NCBI RefSeq assembly: GCF_006345805.1
Contig: NC_043003.1
Location: 4,092,001 to 4,156,000 of the forward strand
Reading direction: 5' to 3'
From: Octopus sinensis
Taxonomy: Eukaryota
Length of the DNA: 64,000 nt
In this document: one piece after another, positions 13,703 through 26,815 of the stretch
Layout of the letters: each line of letters opens with the position of its first letter
Position numbering within the stretch: position 1 is the first letter of the stretch
Translations under genes and position numbers: made by a program
The notes under the pieces: generated by a model
Told to the model about the DNA's origin: nothing
Seen by the model: only the letters and a program-made list of their open reading frames with translations
Databases searched by the model: none

Positions 13703-14599
13703 AGAATTAAGGTATAAACTCAAATTAAGCAATCATACTCATGCAGTTACAAATTTGACTTAAAATGCGCATACATTTATTAACACGTATCGACACATGA
13801 GTATATAAAATTTTTTTTGTAAAATATAAATATATTTATAAATATACATAAAAATACATGTAAATAAAACCCATGTGGGATACGTATGGAAGGAAGTGTG
13901 AGAAAAAGAGAATGATAGAAATTTTTTGGGACTAAAATTAAGGGCGGTTAAGAGTTTCAATTAAAAGGTCCATAGAATTCGATGTGTTTTTTTATAAAAA
14001 TATATATAAATGGTAATATAAGGTATATAATACAGTTCGAGGAAGTCCACTTTCTACAGCCGTTTCTAGAGTTCATGTTCTGGTCGAAAAATTAATAGAA
14101 CTCTTACAAACCATGCGGACAATTCATGTGTATTTATGTGTGTGTGTGTAGAATTTATTTATGTAGCTGATTAAGGTGGTACGCATTGGTTGCACGTTGA
14201 AGTTGTGTGGTTATTTCATTATATTTTTGTTACAGATAGAAGATAAGACTTGATGTAGAAGCATTCCATGAAAATCTCATTCCTATTGTTCAGGCATATA
14301 TTTTTGGATTTTAACCCCAGTAATATCCGGAATATTTTAATAATATATGTAACAATGAGGACAGACTGACACACGCACATGTTATGGAGGGGGATGAGGA
14401 GGAAGGAGAGAGGTAAGGTAGGAGAGGGGGGGTTCGTGTATAGGTTGTGTAAGGGTGGGGTTAAATTCGGATCGATCATTTTTTTTTATCCAATATGTAG
14501 TCATACCAGGAACGACCAAAATCTGCCACAAAGCAAAAGAAAAAAAAAGAAAAGAAAGAAAAATATAGTAAAAAAAAACATAAAAAGAACAATAGCATA

Positions 14600-14997
14600 C
14601 TTTTGTACTCTAGGCACAAGACCCGAAATTTTTGGAGATGGGGAGCCAGTTGATTAAATCGACCCCAGTACGCAACTGGTACTTAATTTACCGAGCCCGA
14701 AAGAATGAAAGGCAAAGTCGACCTCGGCGGAATTTGAACTCAGAACGTAAAGAGACGAAATACCTATTTCTTTACTACCCACAAGGGGCTAAACATAGAG
14801 GGGACAAACAAGGACAGACAAACGGATTAAGTCGATTACATCGACCCCAGTGTGTGACTGGTACTTATTTAATCGACCCCGAAAGGATGAAAGGCAAAGT
14901 CAACCTCGGCGGAATTTGAGCTCAGAACGTAGCGGCAGACGAAATACCGCTCAGCATTTCGCCCTGCGTGCTAACCATTCTGCCAGCTCTCCGCCTT
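14600..14997 (-). mobile_element. Family A SINE dimer
   Basis: Two central domains joined by GAAATACC|TATTTCTTTACTACCCACAAGGGG; intact head ending CCGCC near 14995. Confidence 0.9.
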
Positions 14998-15789
14998 CAG
15001 AACAATGGCATACTGACACATCACTGCACTCCTAAGGAATAAACACGGTTGTACACACCCGAGGGACATGCAAGTGCACGGGTGGTACGGTTGAGACTAG
15101 CAGGAGACGGTTGAATACGCAACACTACCACCACCACCACCAATAATAATAATAATAATAATAATGTCTTTTATTGGACACAAGGGCTCAAGATATTGAG
15201 GGCGGTGTCAAAGGACGAAGCACAACACACAAAGTGATGTGGGTTTTATATAGATCAAAAAGGAAAACAACAACAACAAATAAACAGATAATAACAACAA
15301 CAATAACAATAAAAGTTCTTTTTCTGTAATCAGAGAGGTTAGTGACATACAACACCATTGGTATATAGAAGCTGTGAAACGTTGTTAGCGTAGTGACGGT
15401 TTATAAAGACGCGTGGGAGAGGACAAACAAGTTATAAAAGAACGAAGGAAAGGATGGAAAGTGGAATACAATGGCCGTGGGGACAAGTTTCTAAAAATAC
15501 ATTTTTAAAAAAGAAAATCACGTAATTATATTGAATAATAAAAAAAGAGTGTAACAGTAATTAAAAACAAGATTTAGTTTGTTTTTGTTTTTAAGGGACA
15601 AACTGCTTACACAAAGGAAAACTTCCAGCTGTGTTGATCAGAGCACCGCACACTGTTGTGATTCTATATCATCTCCATTTTGCCCCCCAAGAACTGAAGA
15701 TGGTCGATTCAGAATTTTCTGTGAGAAATGCCTAGATTAAAGTGGGTAAGTAAAGGCCCACATGTTACAGATAGTTGACTTGTAAGACA

Positions 15790-15970
15790 GGGTAAAACTT
15801 ACGGAAGCAGAATTTGTCCCTAATGTGTGGCATAAAGTAAACTTTAGAAGGGACAGCACCTGCTCCTACTGTGTGACATGAAGTAAAACCTAATAAGGAG
15901 GCAGCACTTGTCCGTACTGTGTAACATAACGCAAACCTTAGAGGGGACAGCATCTGTCCCTACTGTACAA
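15790..15970. repeat. Diverged minisatellite, about 46-bp unit x4
   Basis: Units like AAAGTAAACTTTAGAAGGGACAGCACCTGCTCCTACTGTGTGACA recur with substitutions. Confidence 0.75.
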
Positions 15971-16699
15971 GAGAGGTGTCGATAAAACAATATAATCTTT
16001 CGAGACTGTATCATTGGCTGTAAATACGTTCGCTCAGTAAAGGGTGGAATTCGAAACCATGAATTGTTTAGGGACATTTTTTCGAGATTATAACAAGGGA
16101 CAAACGAAAAAGAAATGATGGACGTATAAAACAACAACGGATGGCCACAAGAGAAATGTTTGTAGAGATGTTGTAGAATATATATTAAAGGTTATTTCTG
16201 TTTAACCCTTGGACATTTCTGAGAGAGAAGACCTATGGTCAAAGGCCTTCCAAACGTGATCGTCTATCTTTATTCATTCAATAAATTTAGAAGTTCATTG
16301 TCTGATATATCGGTTAGAAATTAATCGCAGTTGTTGATGTGTATATTTAACCCTGGGCTAACCATGATCCAGCACATTCCAAACATGATCATTTAAGTTT
16401 AGTTTTATCACACCCTGTCTGTCTGTCCATCCAACCGTCCTGTCTGTCTATATTTATCTGTCAGTCTGTTTGTCAATCTATTTCATACTTCCTTCACTTC
16501 ACTCCCCCACTCCCCTCCATCCACCCACACGCGTTCCCACCCTGTACTCCCCCCCCCACCATCCACTAATGGACACTTCCCATTTACACAGCAACTACAG
16601 CTACACCAAGCTACACCACTCGGTTCACACATTTTAAATACACATGTTTAACCATGTGCTCCTCTATTTCTCTCGGATTCTCTCTCACACACACACAGA

Positions 16700-16735
<36 letters not shown>

Positions 16736-16999
16736 CCTATATATGTAAATATTTATGTGTGTGTGTGTGTGTCTCTCTCTTTCTCTCTCTTTCCGTCTTC
16801 ACGTCTGCCAATCCCCTCATCGCACCCATGTCTGGACTGATTGAAGGCTATCATCTCATTTATCTCCCCACCCACCTTTCTTCCACATCTGTAGTCGTCC
16901 CATTCAGGGTTTTTTCCCAACATAATTCTGTTTTTTTTTCTTCCGTACCATTCGTCCTATTAACGTGACCAAACAATTATTACCTGTTATTCAACAATC

Positions 17000-17800
17000 A
17001 ATACCTCTGAACTATTCCAACGCTCCACTGATTGCAATATCGATCTCTTCTTATTTCCATCCACTTAAAATCTGAAGGAATTTTCTTCAACACCCGGATC
17101 AAATCCTTCAGTTTTCCTTCTGTCTTGTTTGTTAATTGTCCAGTTTTCACATCTATGTCTCATTACTGTTCTAAGTTACGCATCACAGATACTCTGGGAT
17201 GCATCGTCAGTGAGGTTTCTGGGGTCTTACGAAGTTTCGGATTTCTCAGCATCAGACCCACTCGTCTAGTTGTCTCAATCCGAGGTTGATCAAGTCCCAA
17301 CTGGCATCTCAGGAGCAGCAAACCATTGATCCACCCTCTTTTTCCAAATCCACCAAATGGGTTTTTCTGCAGCTTCGACATTGGAATGTCTGGCCCTTAA
17401 CTTTGCAGCACCAGTAAGTCCAACCATAGTCAGAGTTGTGCAAAGTGAACGTCTCACAAAATCTCAGCAGCCTACTTCAATTGGCTGACAACGTATCCAC
17501 CAGGCTTTGGCCTCTGGCCTCCCAAATCTAGGCCTTTAGCTTTTACCGAATGCTCCAATTGTCTTTGTGTTCTGCTTGTTAATTGTCCAGATTCCACACT
17601 CATACATTATTCATTATTCATATACCGTTAACCTAACAAAGCTCTCCTTTGTTCTTTGAGACACACCTTTATCTTTTAGGCCAAGATCTATTCTTACTTC
17701 AATATTTCTGTTAACTTCCACTTATTTCAGCCTTGGATTGGTAAAAGGTAAACTCATGAACTACTTCCACCGTCTGATTCCTTATCGTCAAAAGAAGATG
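17000..17800 (-). mobile_element. Two degenerate RTE-like LINE C-terminal fragments
   Basis: Minus strand encodes YECGIWTINKQNTKTIGAF (about 17550-17610) and CENWTINKQDRRKTEGF (about 17100-17150), resembling the RTE post-RT motif YGCETWT..K....IEAF. Many stops. Confidence 0.45.
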
Positions 17801-18252
17801 TACACTTCTACTCAAAGTTTGAAGCAGAGTTGGATTAAAGAAGGCATATCTTTGATTAGGCTGTGAAGGCGATGAAAGGACCTGGATAAACATAACTGAT
17901 TGATTAATTGAATGATTAATAAAGGTAACTAATCGATTAGTTTATTGGTTAAATATTTAACCAATTCATAAATCATGAAGTGAAAAAAACAAGTGCATAT
18001 GCTTACTGGCATTATGACCTTACCGAGATACAAAAATAAGTATTAACACGCGTGATCATGCAAACCAAGTGCAAAAACGATATATAATTGTGTGTGAATA
18101 TATATATATATAATGAATTCCTCAAGAGTGCATGAATACTCCTCCTCTAAGAATCTCGTATTTAATATAAACAACACTTTTTGATGTATTGGCTACTTTA
18201 ATAGTGGTTGTTTTCATTTCTAATAGATTCTCTATCTACACGTACACACACG

Positions 18253-18331
<79 letters not shown>

Positions 18332-18651
18332 GTACACGTAAATACACGATATTTATCTATCTTTATCTATCTATACATACACATGTTTTTATATATTATT
18401 GTTATTATTTATATAAAGCATAAAGCATGCAGACAAACATATATTGTTGTTCTTTTATATCTGATGGAATCTATATTCTTTAGTTGCCGATAAAGCAGTT
18501 TGGCCGTGACATGTCTGATGGACAAGATTAGCTTAATGTCACTCGTGAAACGGGATTCGGTTTGAAGACAAGAATATTATGCAGAAAATAGAAGAAATCT
18601 TATTGAACACAGAAATTAGAGTTCTACAAAGTTCTAATGATGTTTTGCTGA

Positions 18652-18654
<3 letters not shown>

Positions 18655-18682
<28 letters not shown>

Positions 18683-18757
18683 TGTATGTATGTATGTATG
18701 TATGTGTGTATGTTTGTGTGTATGTATGTATGTGTGTATGTATGTATGTATGTATGA
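18655..18757. repeat. (TATG)n microsatellite
   Basis: Direct inspection. A second (TATG)n tract lies at 19170-19280, followed by (TA)n and (GA)n. Confidence 0.95.
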
Positions 18758-18767
18758 ATGTAGTCAA

Positions 18768-18990
18768 TCCCAAACATGAACAAGCTAGAAAAAAACAACA
18801 CCGCGAGGACGTGGAACAAGTACAGTGTTATTGGACGCTCAAGAAAGGAAAGAAAAGAAAGAAAGAGGATTTCACGTTTCGAGCAGATATTCTTCATCAG
18901 AAATATAGAAAAAGTCCAAAGAAGGGAAGACGGAGAAAGAAAATCGCCAACGATACACACGCAACACACGGTCACATATTGGAATGAGCG
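18768..18990 (-). mobile_element. Short Penelope/retrozyme-like repeat with a hammerhead-like motif (subfamily 2)
   Basis: Minus strand 18869-18904 reads ATTT-CTGATGA-AGAATATCTGCTC-GAAAC-GTG-AAAT. Homologous to 49620-49820; flanked by microsatellites. Confidence 0.6.
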
Positions 18991-19102
18991 GAAGGGAATG
19001 GGTGAAGAAAAAGTTCTAAGACAGGAGAGTGCAAGAGAAGGAGGTATGTGTGTGTATGTGTAGCTATGTGCGTGCGCAGAGGTCTGTGTGTGTAATGATA
19101 GC

Positions 19103-19134
<32 letters not shown>

Positions 19135-19309
19135 TGCTATGTGTGTGTGGTTGGACTCTGTGTCGCTTGTATGTATGTATGTATGTATGTATGTATGTAT
19201 GTATGTATGTATGTATGAATGTATGTATGTATGTATGTATGTATGTATGTATGTATGTATGTATGTATGTATGTATGTATGCATGCAAAGTGTGTGTGTA
19301 TTTGTGTGC

Positions 19310-19389
<80 letters not shown>

Positions 19390-19755
19390 TGCATGTATTT
19401 CATTCTATGATAAAAATGAAGGGTGCAAAGAGAAACACCAAAGTCCCTTGTTGTATTTGATCTGCCCCGAGTTGTAAACGCTCCTTTCTCGTAAAAACGT
19501 TCCTGCCCCTTCTCACCACGACCCATGCCCACACCATCACCCAACGGCCGTGTTCTGCACCTTCACTCCTACGACCGTTCCTGCAGCTTCACCCCACACC
19601 CGTGCCTACCTTAACAACAGAGCCAGGCCCGGTCGCACCTGAAGCAATAAAATGGTAATTAGAGATCAAATCGCTTATGAAGGCCAACATATGTAGAATA
19701 ATAACATTTGCTATGGTTGGAGCATAAATTCATGGCGGGAGATGGCACAGTTGAA

Positions 19756-19799
<44 letters not shown>

Positions 19800-20034
19800 C
19801 ATCATCATCACCATCATCATTATAGTATCAAGAGATGTTATTAGTTATATATGACAGATGAGAAATATTTATCGCCTCTCTTTGACGTTTATCTAAATCC
19901 AGAAATTATAACCCGTTGTCTATCTTTATGTCACATTAGGAACAGACGTATAATGCGGCGTGCCAACCGTTGTGGGCCCCTACTTTTCACAGATACACAC
20001 ATATATAGACATGTGTATATTTATACAGACCACA

Positions 20035-20077
<43 letters not shown>

Positions 20078-20744
20078 ATGCATCTTTTACGCGTGTACAA
20101 CATATATCATTTCTATAAGAGAAACTATTTCAATACATACACGGTTCATACAGATGTACTGTAATAAATTATGATTCCTACATATGTGTGTGTGAGTGTG
20201 TGTGTGTGTGTGTATAAGCCTGTATATGTATGGGTTTGTGTGTCTTTGTGTGTGTGTGTGTGTGTGTATACGTTAATACATATCTAACCACACATACACA
20301 CTGCATCAACCATGAATATGTTGACCTAGTAAAACATCACACACACACACAGACACACTCACACAATGTGTACACGTAAAACACGCATCTCCATCTCTTC
20401 ACATATATAGTTATGTGTGCGTGCGTGCGTGCGTGCGTGCGTGCGTGTGTGCGTGTGTGCGTGTTTCTATGGAAGCACATAAGTGCAAAGAAGTAGGAAG
20501 AGAGAAAACTATCGAATCTTGGGTTTCGTGCATTGTTGGTGCAGTCCGTGTCTACCAGCCACGACCTGGCATTGGCGTATCGAAGGATGCAGAAGGTGTT
20601 CGGCAAACAGAAGTGGGGTCACTTTATATATGGTTATTTGTTAGAATGGAAAATAATGTAACATCAGGAAGGGAGCGGTCAGTTTTGGCTGACGTGGGTG
20701 GGGACCAAATTCCTCGCTATGCTGCCCAGCTGTCAAGTGTCTTC

Positions 20745-21160
20745 GGATCTTTTCGGTTTGAACGGCAGTTTTTTCTAGCGGTGTCATATGAAATTGTCAC
20801 CCATAATTATGACCCTAGTGTCTATCTTTTGCATTTCAGTCTGTTTTAGAGTTAGGGTTAGGGGCGGTGGAAGGGTATCTTTTTTTCTTCAGAAATGTAA
20901 ATAAACCCAATCTGTTTCTTAAACGAGCGACATATTCATATGGCACAGAATGTTTTCACCTCAATAGACGTCATTGATTGGTTGAAATTGCAGAAATTGA
21001 AGAAAAACAACAACAAATACCTTACAAATTATAGAATTTTCTCAATAAAGCCAAGAGAAAAAGATGTTTTATAAACACATTCTACCAGTACACGAAGTTT
21101 AAAAGTGTTTTGTTACGTGGAAATTATTTTAAAAAACTGCCGGTCAAACCGAAAAGATCC
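20745..21160. mobile_element. MITE with 30-bp TIRs
   Basis: GGATCTTTTCGGTTTGAACGGCAGTTTTTT / AAAAAACTGCCGGTCAAACCGAAAAGATCC (1 mismatch). Flanks GTGTCTTC and ATGTTTTC match 6/8, a possible decayed 8-bp TSD. Confidence 0.9.
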
Positions 21161-22282
21161 ATGTTTTCTTTTAGTGTTGTTCCAGGCGACCTTAAATCAT
21201 CGGAGTTGAGAGTTGTTTGCCAAAATGTCTCCTGGTGTCGGTGGTTTGGTAATTTTTGATCGAATTCTACCAAGTATCGTTTCAATGCCATTGCCTTCTT
21301 CGAATTCTTTCGGGATAATTTTGAATCAAGCAGGATTAGATAAGTTTTTTTTTATAAAATAAACTTTGGCTGCAATGTTAAGAAATATAAGCTCCCTTTT
21401 TCCCTCTCTTTCTGTGGGCATGAGTGTATGTGTAAAGATATATGTATATACACGTGTCTGTGTATTTATATGTATGTGTGTGTATATATATACATGTGTC
21501 TGTGTGTTAGCTAATTAGAAAAAACCTTAGAAAACAGAATGACACGAACCTTTTGGGAGGAAATCTTCTGCATTGTGTGTGTCAGCGCTTTCGTTGTTCA
21601 GTTACTCAAACACACGAGTTTATATATAGATTCAAATACCGAAACAGCGTGTATAAGAATAAATTGAGAATAAGGTCTCAAATTGTAAACAGTTTGTGTC
21701 GTATATTTAGTATATTTAACCTGGCTGAAAACAAACTTCGCTCGCGGTTAAGCTATGTTGCTTTTATCAATGGAGAGAAAAAGTTCCAGATGATTAATCG
21801 GTCGGTCAGTTCCGACTTTTGTTCAAGTCGAAACTAATCAATGACAATCAAGATTCAATTCTTTACACCAGGCAGGTGTATCGATACGAGACTCAATTCT
21901 AGGGTTAATTAAAACACACAACCCGTTGTGTATCGCTAATTAAATATGGTCATACCTGATCACATGCTTAACGCAAAGGAATGCTCACCAATCATTCCAC
22001 TCACTCTGCCAATCCTGTGGTTCTATAACGCGATCCATTTCCACAGCATCTCCACAAACATGCGCTGATCACGAAGGTCCGGTCATACAGTACAACGCTT
22101 GTATCAACGACTCTATGGAAGTGATATATACACACACGCACACATCCAGACCACCAGCCCTCTTTCACACGCACATACATACTCTCTTATACACACACGC
22201 ACCTTCGTGTTTTTTTTTGGCGGGGGTGTGTCATCTTTACCTACTTCTTCCCTCTCGTGTGTGACCCTTCTGTCTGGCAGTC

Positions 22283-22470
22283 GCCATGATTGATCGTTAG
22301 CCACTACACACATTTTTCTCTCCTTGTTTTCCCTATGTCTCTTTCTATAGAAGAGTGTAGGCTCGAAACGTAAAAGACTTTTTCTATTCCTGCGCGTTAT
22401 ACTAATACATCTGTTTGTTTTCTACACCACCTGTCTTCGTCTTTTGTTTATTTTCGTAAACTCTCCCTAT
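22283..22470 (+). mobile_element. Short Penelope/retrozyme-like repeat with a hammerhead-like motif (subfamily 1)
   Basis: GATCGTTAGCCACTACAC...CTTT-CTATAGA-AGAGTGTAGGCTC-GAAAC-GTA-AAAG...CTCTCCC then (TA)n. Copies at 31430, 32300, 32667 and 32801. Confidence 0.65.
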
Positions 22471-22499
22471 ATATATATATATATATATGTATACTGATA

Positions 22500-22900
22500 T
22501 GAAGGTCCGGCTAAATGGTGCAATAATTCTGTCAATAGCCCTCTATGACGGGTAAAACATGCAAAATGTCTGAGAGGGTGGCCAACAAGCTGGGTATTTC
22601 ACAACGAAATCAATGGAATATCTTCAAAGTCACTTGTGCTAGAATTACAAAATAAAAGCTTTCTGCAAAATAAATCGCAACCGGCGCAAAACCTTGTCGC
22701 GTTTTGCATCCTGGCATGCGAAGACTGCAGTGACATGTATATACCGGAAGAAAGAAGCAGGGATAAAGGGACAGGTCCCTAAATACCTAACAATGAACAT
22801 TACAGGACGTCGGATCTTCAATAAATGTATGAGGGGGGAGTGGGACACGAGTGGAAAGTTCTGCGGCGGATTGACCAGGCTGGACTTGGAAGGACCTACC
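22500..22900 (+). pseudogene. Possible very degenerate mariner-like transposase remnant
   Basis: VANKLGISQRNQWNIFKVTCARI resembles the mariner HTH followed by the K.CARWVP region. No intact DD34D residues seen. Confidence 0.25.
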
Positions 22901-22971
22901 TCTAGGTTTAGCTAATAACACACACACATATGCATGCACACCACACACACACACACACACACACATGCATG

Positions 22972-23003
<32 letters not shown>

Positions 23004-23714
23004 TACGCATGTTCTTCTATAAATGTTTGAATGGATACGGTGTATTACATTTCATGCAGAAAATACCAAATGGTCACAGACTACTAAAAGTACTTTTAGC
23101 TCAAGATGCTACCTTAAAAAAAAAATGTTAAACACCCAACATTCAACAATCATAAAGAGAAGATGAAGAAGTGAGTGTTAGAGAGATGGAGAAATGGTTC
23201 ATTAATCTTGAAAAGCAGATAAAAGTGCAGCGTAATAAACGGAAGTTGTAAGTCAAATATGAAGAAAGGGGGGAGGGAAAGAAAGGGAGAGATAGAGAGA
23301 GAGAGAGATGAGGGGAGAGAGAGGGAGAGATGTAGAAACTGAGAAGAGTCAAAGAAAAGCTTCTTACATGCTTAATTTCCACCTCTATCATTACGGTAAG
23401 CTTTTTTTTACGTCAATCTAACGGTAGGTTAACAGAAAATTAGTTTACCAATACACCTATGACAGCAAGTAGTTTTAGAGCCTACAGTACAACAAAATCA
23501 CCACCACCACCACTACCACCACCGTCACCACCTTTTATTAGTGCCATTCTCATTATAAGGAAGGTACACACGTGAAGAATAAATTAAAAAGTAAAGGGAC
23601 TGGTTCTTTCCTTGATGTTTGACATATATTGTTCCAGTATTTGTGGAAAAAGAACAACACAATCATCTCCAGCCATCATCATCATCATCATCATCATCCC
23701 CACCACTGCTGCCA

Positions 23715-24172
23715 TCATCACCATAGCAACAATAACAGTGGTTTCAAATTTCGACTTCAAACCCGCAATTTTCATTACATCGACGAACCCAAGTACGCAA
23801 CTGCTGCGCCATTTTATAGAACCGGAAAGGATGAAAAGCAAAGCTGACTGCGAAGCGATTTGAACTCAGAACACCAAGAGATGGAAGAGATACTTTTCAG
23901 CATCTTCTCCGACGCGCTAACGACTGCCATCTTGGCATCGAAACAACGACAAAAATAAAAATGATTTCTGATTTAGGCAACAACTTTGAGGGGAGGGGGA
24001 GTTTAGTCTATTTCGTCGTCCTCGGTACTTCACTGGTACTTTGTATTATCGACCACGGATGGATGAAATCACAGTTGACATCTGCGAGATTTGAACTCAG
24101 AGCGTAAGGACGTACAAAATGGCGCTAAGCATTTTGCTGCTGTGCTAACAATTCTGCCAACTCATCGCCTTT
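23715..24172 (-). mobile_element. Two old, diverged family A SINE copies
   Basis: GGAAAGGATGAAAAGCAAAGCTGAC..ATTTGAACTCAG (about 23825-23870) and GATTTGAACTCAGAGCG..GCTAACAATTCTGCCAACTCATCGCC (about 24090-24170). Confidence 0.75.
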
Positions 24173-24302
24173 CATAATAATAATAATAATGATAATAATA
24201 ATAATAATGATAATAATAATAATAATGATAATGATAATAATAATAATATAATAATAATAATAGTAATAATAATAATAATAGTAATAATAATAACTACAAC
24301 AA

Positions 24303-24635
24303 CAACAAGAGCATTCAGGGAGCGCAAACCTCTGCCTGGGCAACACCAACGAACTCTCAAAATTTAGCCAGAGATGATTTTTAAAATGAGAATATCTGAA
24401 ATAAACTCGACTGCTCTCACAAACGAGAATGCTAAAAATGAACCCGACCGCTCTTAAAAATTAAGTAAAAATATCGGAAAAATAATTCAGAACTCTTGTT
24501 CGGTACCGGATCGATCCTAAAAACTAATCAGTTCGTGCCAGTTACGAAGCCAAGCATTCCTGAAAGTTTCATCCGAATCCATCCGGCGGTTTTTGAGATA
24601 TCTTGTCCACGGACAAACAAACAAACGAAGGCGGA
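24303..24635 (+). repeat. Dispersed non-autonomous repeat (AACAAGAGC...GGACAAACAAACAAAC type)
   Basis: Starts AACAAGAGCATTCAGGGAGCGCAAACC after an (AAT)n tract and ends TTTTGAGATATCTTGTCCACGGACAAACAAAC. Recalled as a common invertebrate repeat layout; class unknown. Confidence 0.4.
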
Positions 24636-24638
24636 GGT

Positions 24639-25226
24639 AATAATCCTTTCTACGATTGACACAAGGCCTGAAATTTTGGGGGAGGGGACTAGTTGATTAC
24701 ATTGACCCCAGTGCGAAACTGGTACTTAATTTATCAACCACAAAAGGATGAAAGGCAAAGTCGACCTCGGCGGAATTTGAACTCAGAATCCTAGCGACGG
24801 GCGAAATACCTATTTCTATTTCTTTACTACCCACAAGGGGCTAAACACAGAGGAGACAAACGGATTAAGTCGATTGTATCGACCCCAGTGCGTAACTGGT
24901 ACTTATTTAATCGACACCGAAAGGATGAAAGGCAAAGTCGACCTCGGCGGAATTTGAACTCAGAATCCTAGCGACGGGCGAAATACCTATTTCTATTTCT
25001 TTACTACCCACAAGGGGCTAAACACAGAGGGGACAAACAAGGACAGACAAATGGATTAAGTCGATTATATCGATCCCAGTGCGTAACTGGTACTTATTTA
25101 ATCGACCCCGAAAGGATGAAAGGCAAAGTTGACCTCGGCGGAATTTGAACTCAGAACCCTAGCGACGGGCGAAATACCGCTCAGCATTTCGCCTGGCAGG
25201 TGAGCTAACGATTCTGCGATCTCGTC
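24639..25226 (-). mobile_element. Family A SINE trimer with near-identical 180-195 bp units
   Basis: Three central domains and two identical junctions GCGAAATACC|TATTTCTATTTCTTTACTACCCAC. Confidence 0.92.
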
Positions 25227-25452
25227 AATAATTACAAGAATAAGCGATACGTCTGTACGACGTGACGCATTTATTAGTTTAACAGAAGGAGCCTTTAATA
25301 GTATGCAGGCACTTTAATAACTCGCCAGGCAGTAGTGAATTCCTTAGCCATTAAGGAACATTGAATGCAAATATACGTACATGAATGACACTCTACATAC
25401 ACGTATACATATATAAATGCATACACACACACACACACATATATATATATAA

Positions 25453-26459
25453 CTAGCAGTATCGCCCGGCGTTGCTCGGGTTTGTAAGGGAAATAACTAT
25501 ATAAGCATTTTTAGAGAGTTATAGCCAAAAAGTAGCAAAATAATGCATTAAAAATGAAAAAAAATGATGGTAAATTTTTTTTTAAATCGTAGACTCATCG
25601 TAGACATTTTTAGAGAGTTACTTCCCATATATAATAGCGAAAAAAATGCATTAAAATGGATTAAAATTATGGTAAATTTTTTTTAAATCGTAGACTCATC
25701 GTAGACATTTTTAGAGAGTTACTTCCCGTATATAATAGCGAAAAAATGCATTAAAATGGAAAAAAATGATGGTAAATATTTTTTTAATCGTAGACTCATC
25801 GCAGACGCGCGCTAATACCCAGAAGGGCTCGATGTGAATCACGACTATAAGATACCTGGTTTTGGTTAAACTGCACCGCAAAATGTGGGAGTAGTTAGGA
25901 ATCTAAATCGTAGGAGACAGACACACAACCTTACTTTTATATATATAACTAGCAGTATTGCCTGGCGTTGCTCGGGTTTGTAAGGGAAATAACTATATAA
26001 GCATTTTTAGAGAGTTACTTCCCTTATAGATGCCAATTCGGGCTTTCTTAGCCATTTCTGTTTTGGTGTCTTCAAGCCATGAAGTCGTTGTTCTAAAAGA
26101 ACGCTGGTCTCCTTGACAACGCTTTACGACGTTGATTTCCTTACACTCCCTTCCCCACAGCTTCACGAGGGAGGGAAGAAGGGGGAGAAGCAAACAGGTG
26201 CAGGTGTGACCATGGACGCCAACTCCGCCGCCATCGACACACGAAAAATTATGCATTAAAATGGAATAAAAAATTATGTTAAATTATTTTTAAAATTGTA
26301 GACTCATCGTAGACGCGCGCTAATACTCAGACGGGCTAGATATGAATCACGACTATAAGATACCCGGTTTTGGTTAAACTGCACCGCAAAATGTGGGAGT
26401 AGTTAGGAATCTAAATCGAAGGGGACAGACACTCGCACAACTACAGTTTTATATATATA
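25453..26459 (-). mobile_element. Two head-to-tail non-autonomous Helitron-like copies (25453-25947, 25949-26459)
   Basis: Each ends on the minus strand with a GC hairpin (CCCGAGCAACGCCGGG) then ATACTGCTAG|T and begins with TATATATAAAA. Copy 1 holds three units of about 100 bp. Confidence 0.75.
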
Positions 26460-26747
26460 ATTACACGCATAAATTTATATATAGCAGAACATATCCACAC
26501 AAATTCACCAATACTTCTCCATTCGTGTTTTAATCTTGATTTCTTATTTGTCTCCCTTAGCTTTCTTGATTAAGTTTTTCGTTAAATCAGATTTTTTTTT
26601 CTTGTTCATTACGACTGTAATTATGATTAAAAATTATTTGCAGTCATTACATTAATCATGTTAAACTCCCACTTAACTATTTGGACTTCATGCAGAAAAC
26701 GTCCCTGTGAAATTTCACTGCGTGCATCCTTAAGTGTGTGTATGTGT

Positions 26748-26811
<64 letters not shown>

Positions 26812-26815
<4 letters not shown>

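Noticed and set aside
18634-19544. ORFs of 100-225 aa (YIHT and MYVC repeats)
   Set aside because: Translations of (TATG)n, (TG)n and (TA)n microsatellites; the same applies to 63336-63958 and most short ORFs in the track.
24639-25226. CRISPR-like repeat-spacer appearance
   Set aside because: Units are 180-195 bp SINE monomers without unique spacers; eukaryotic context and no cas genes.
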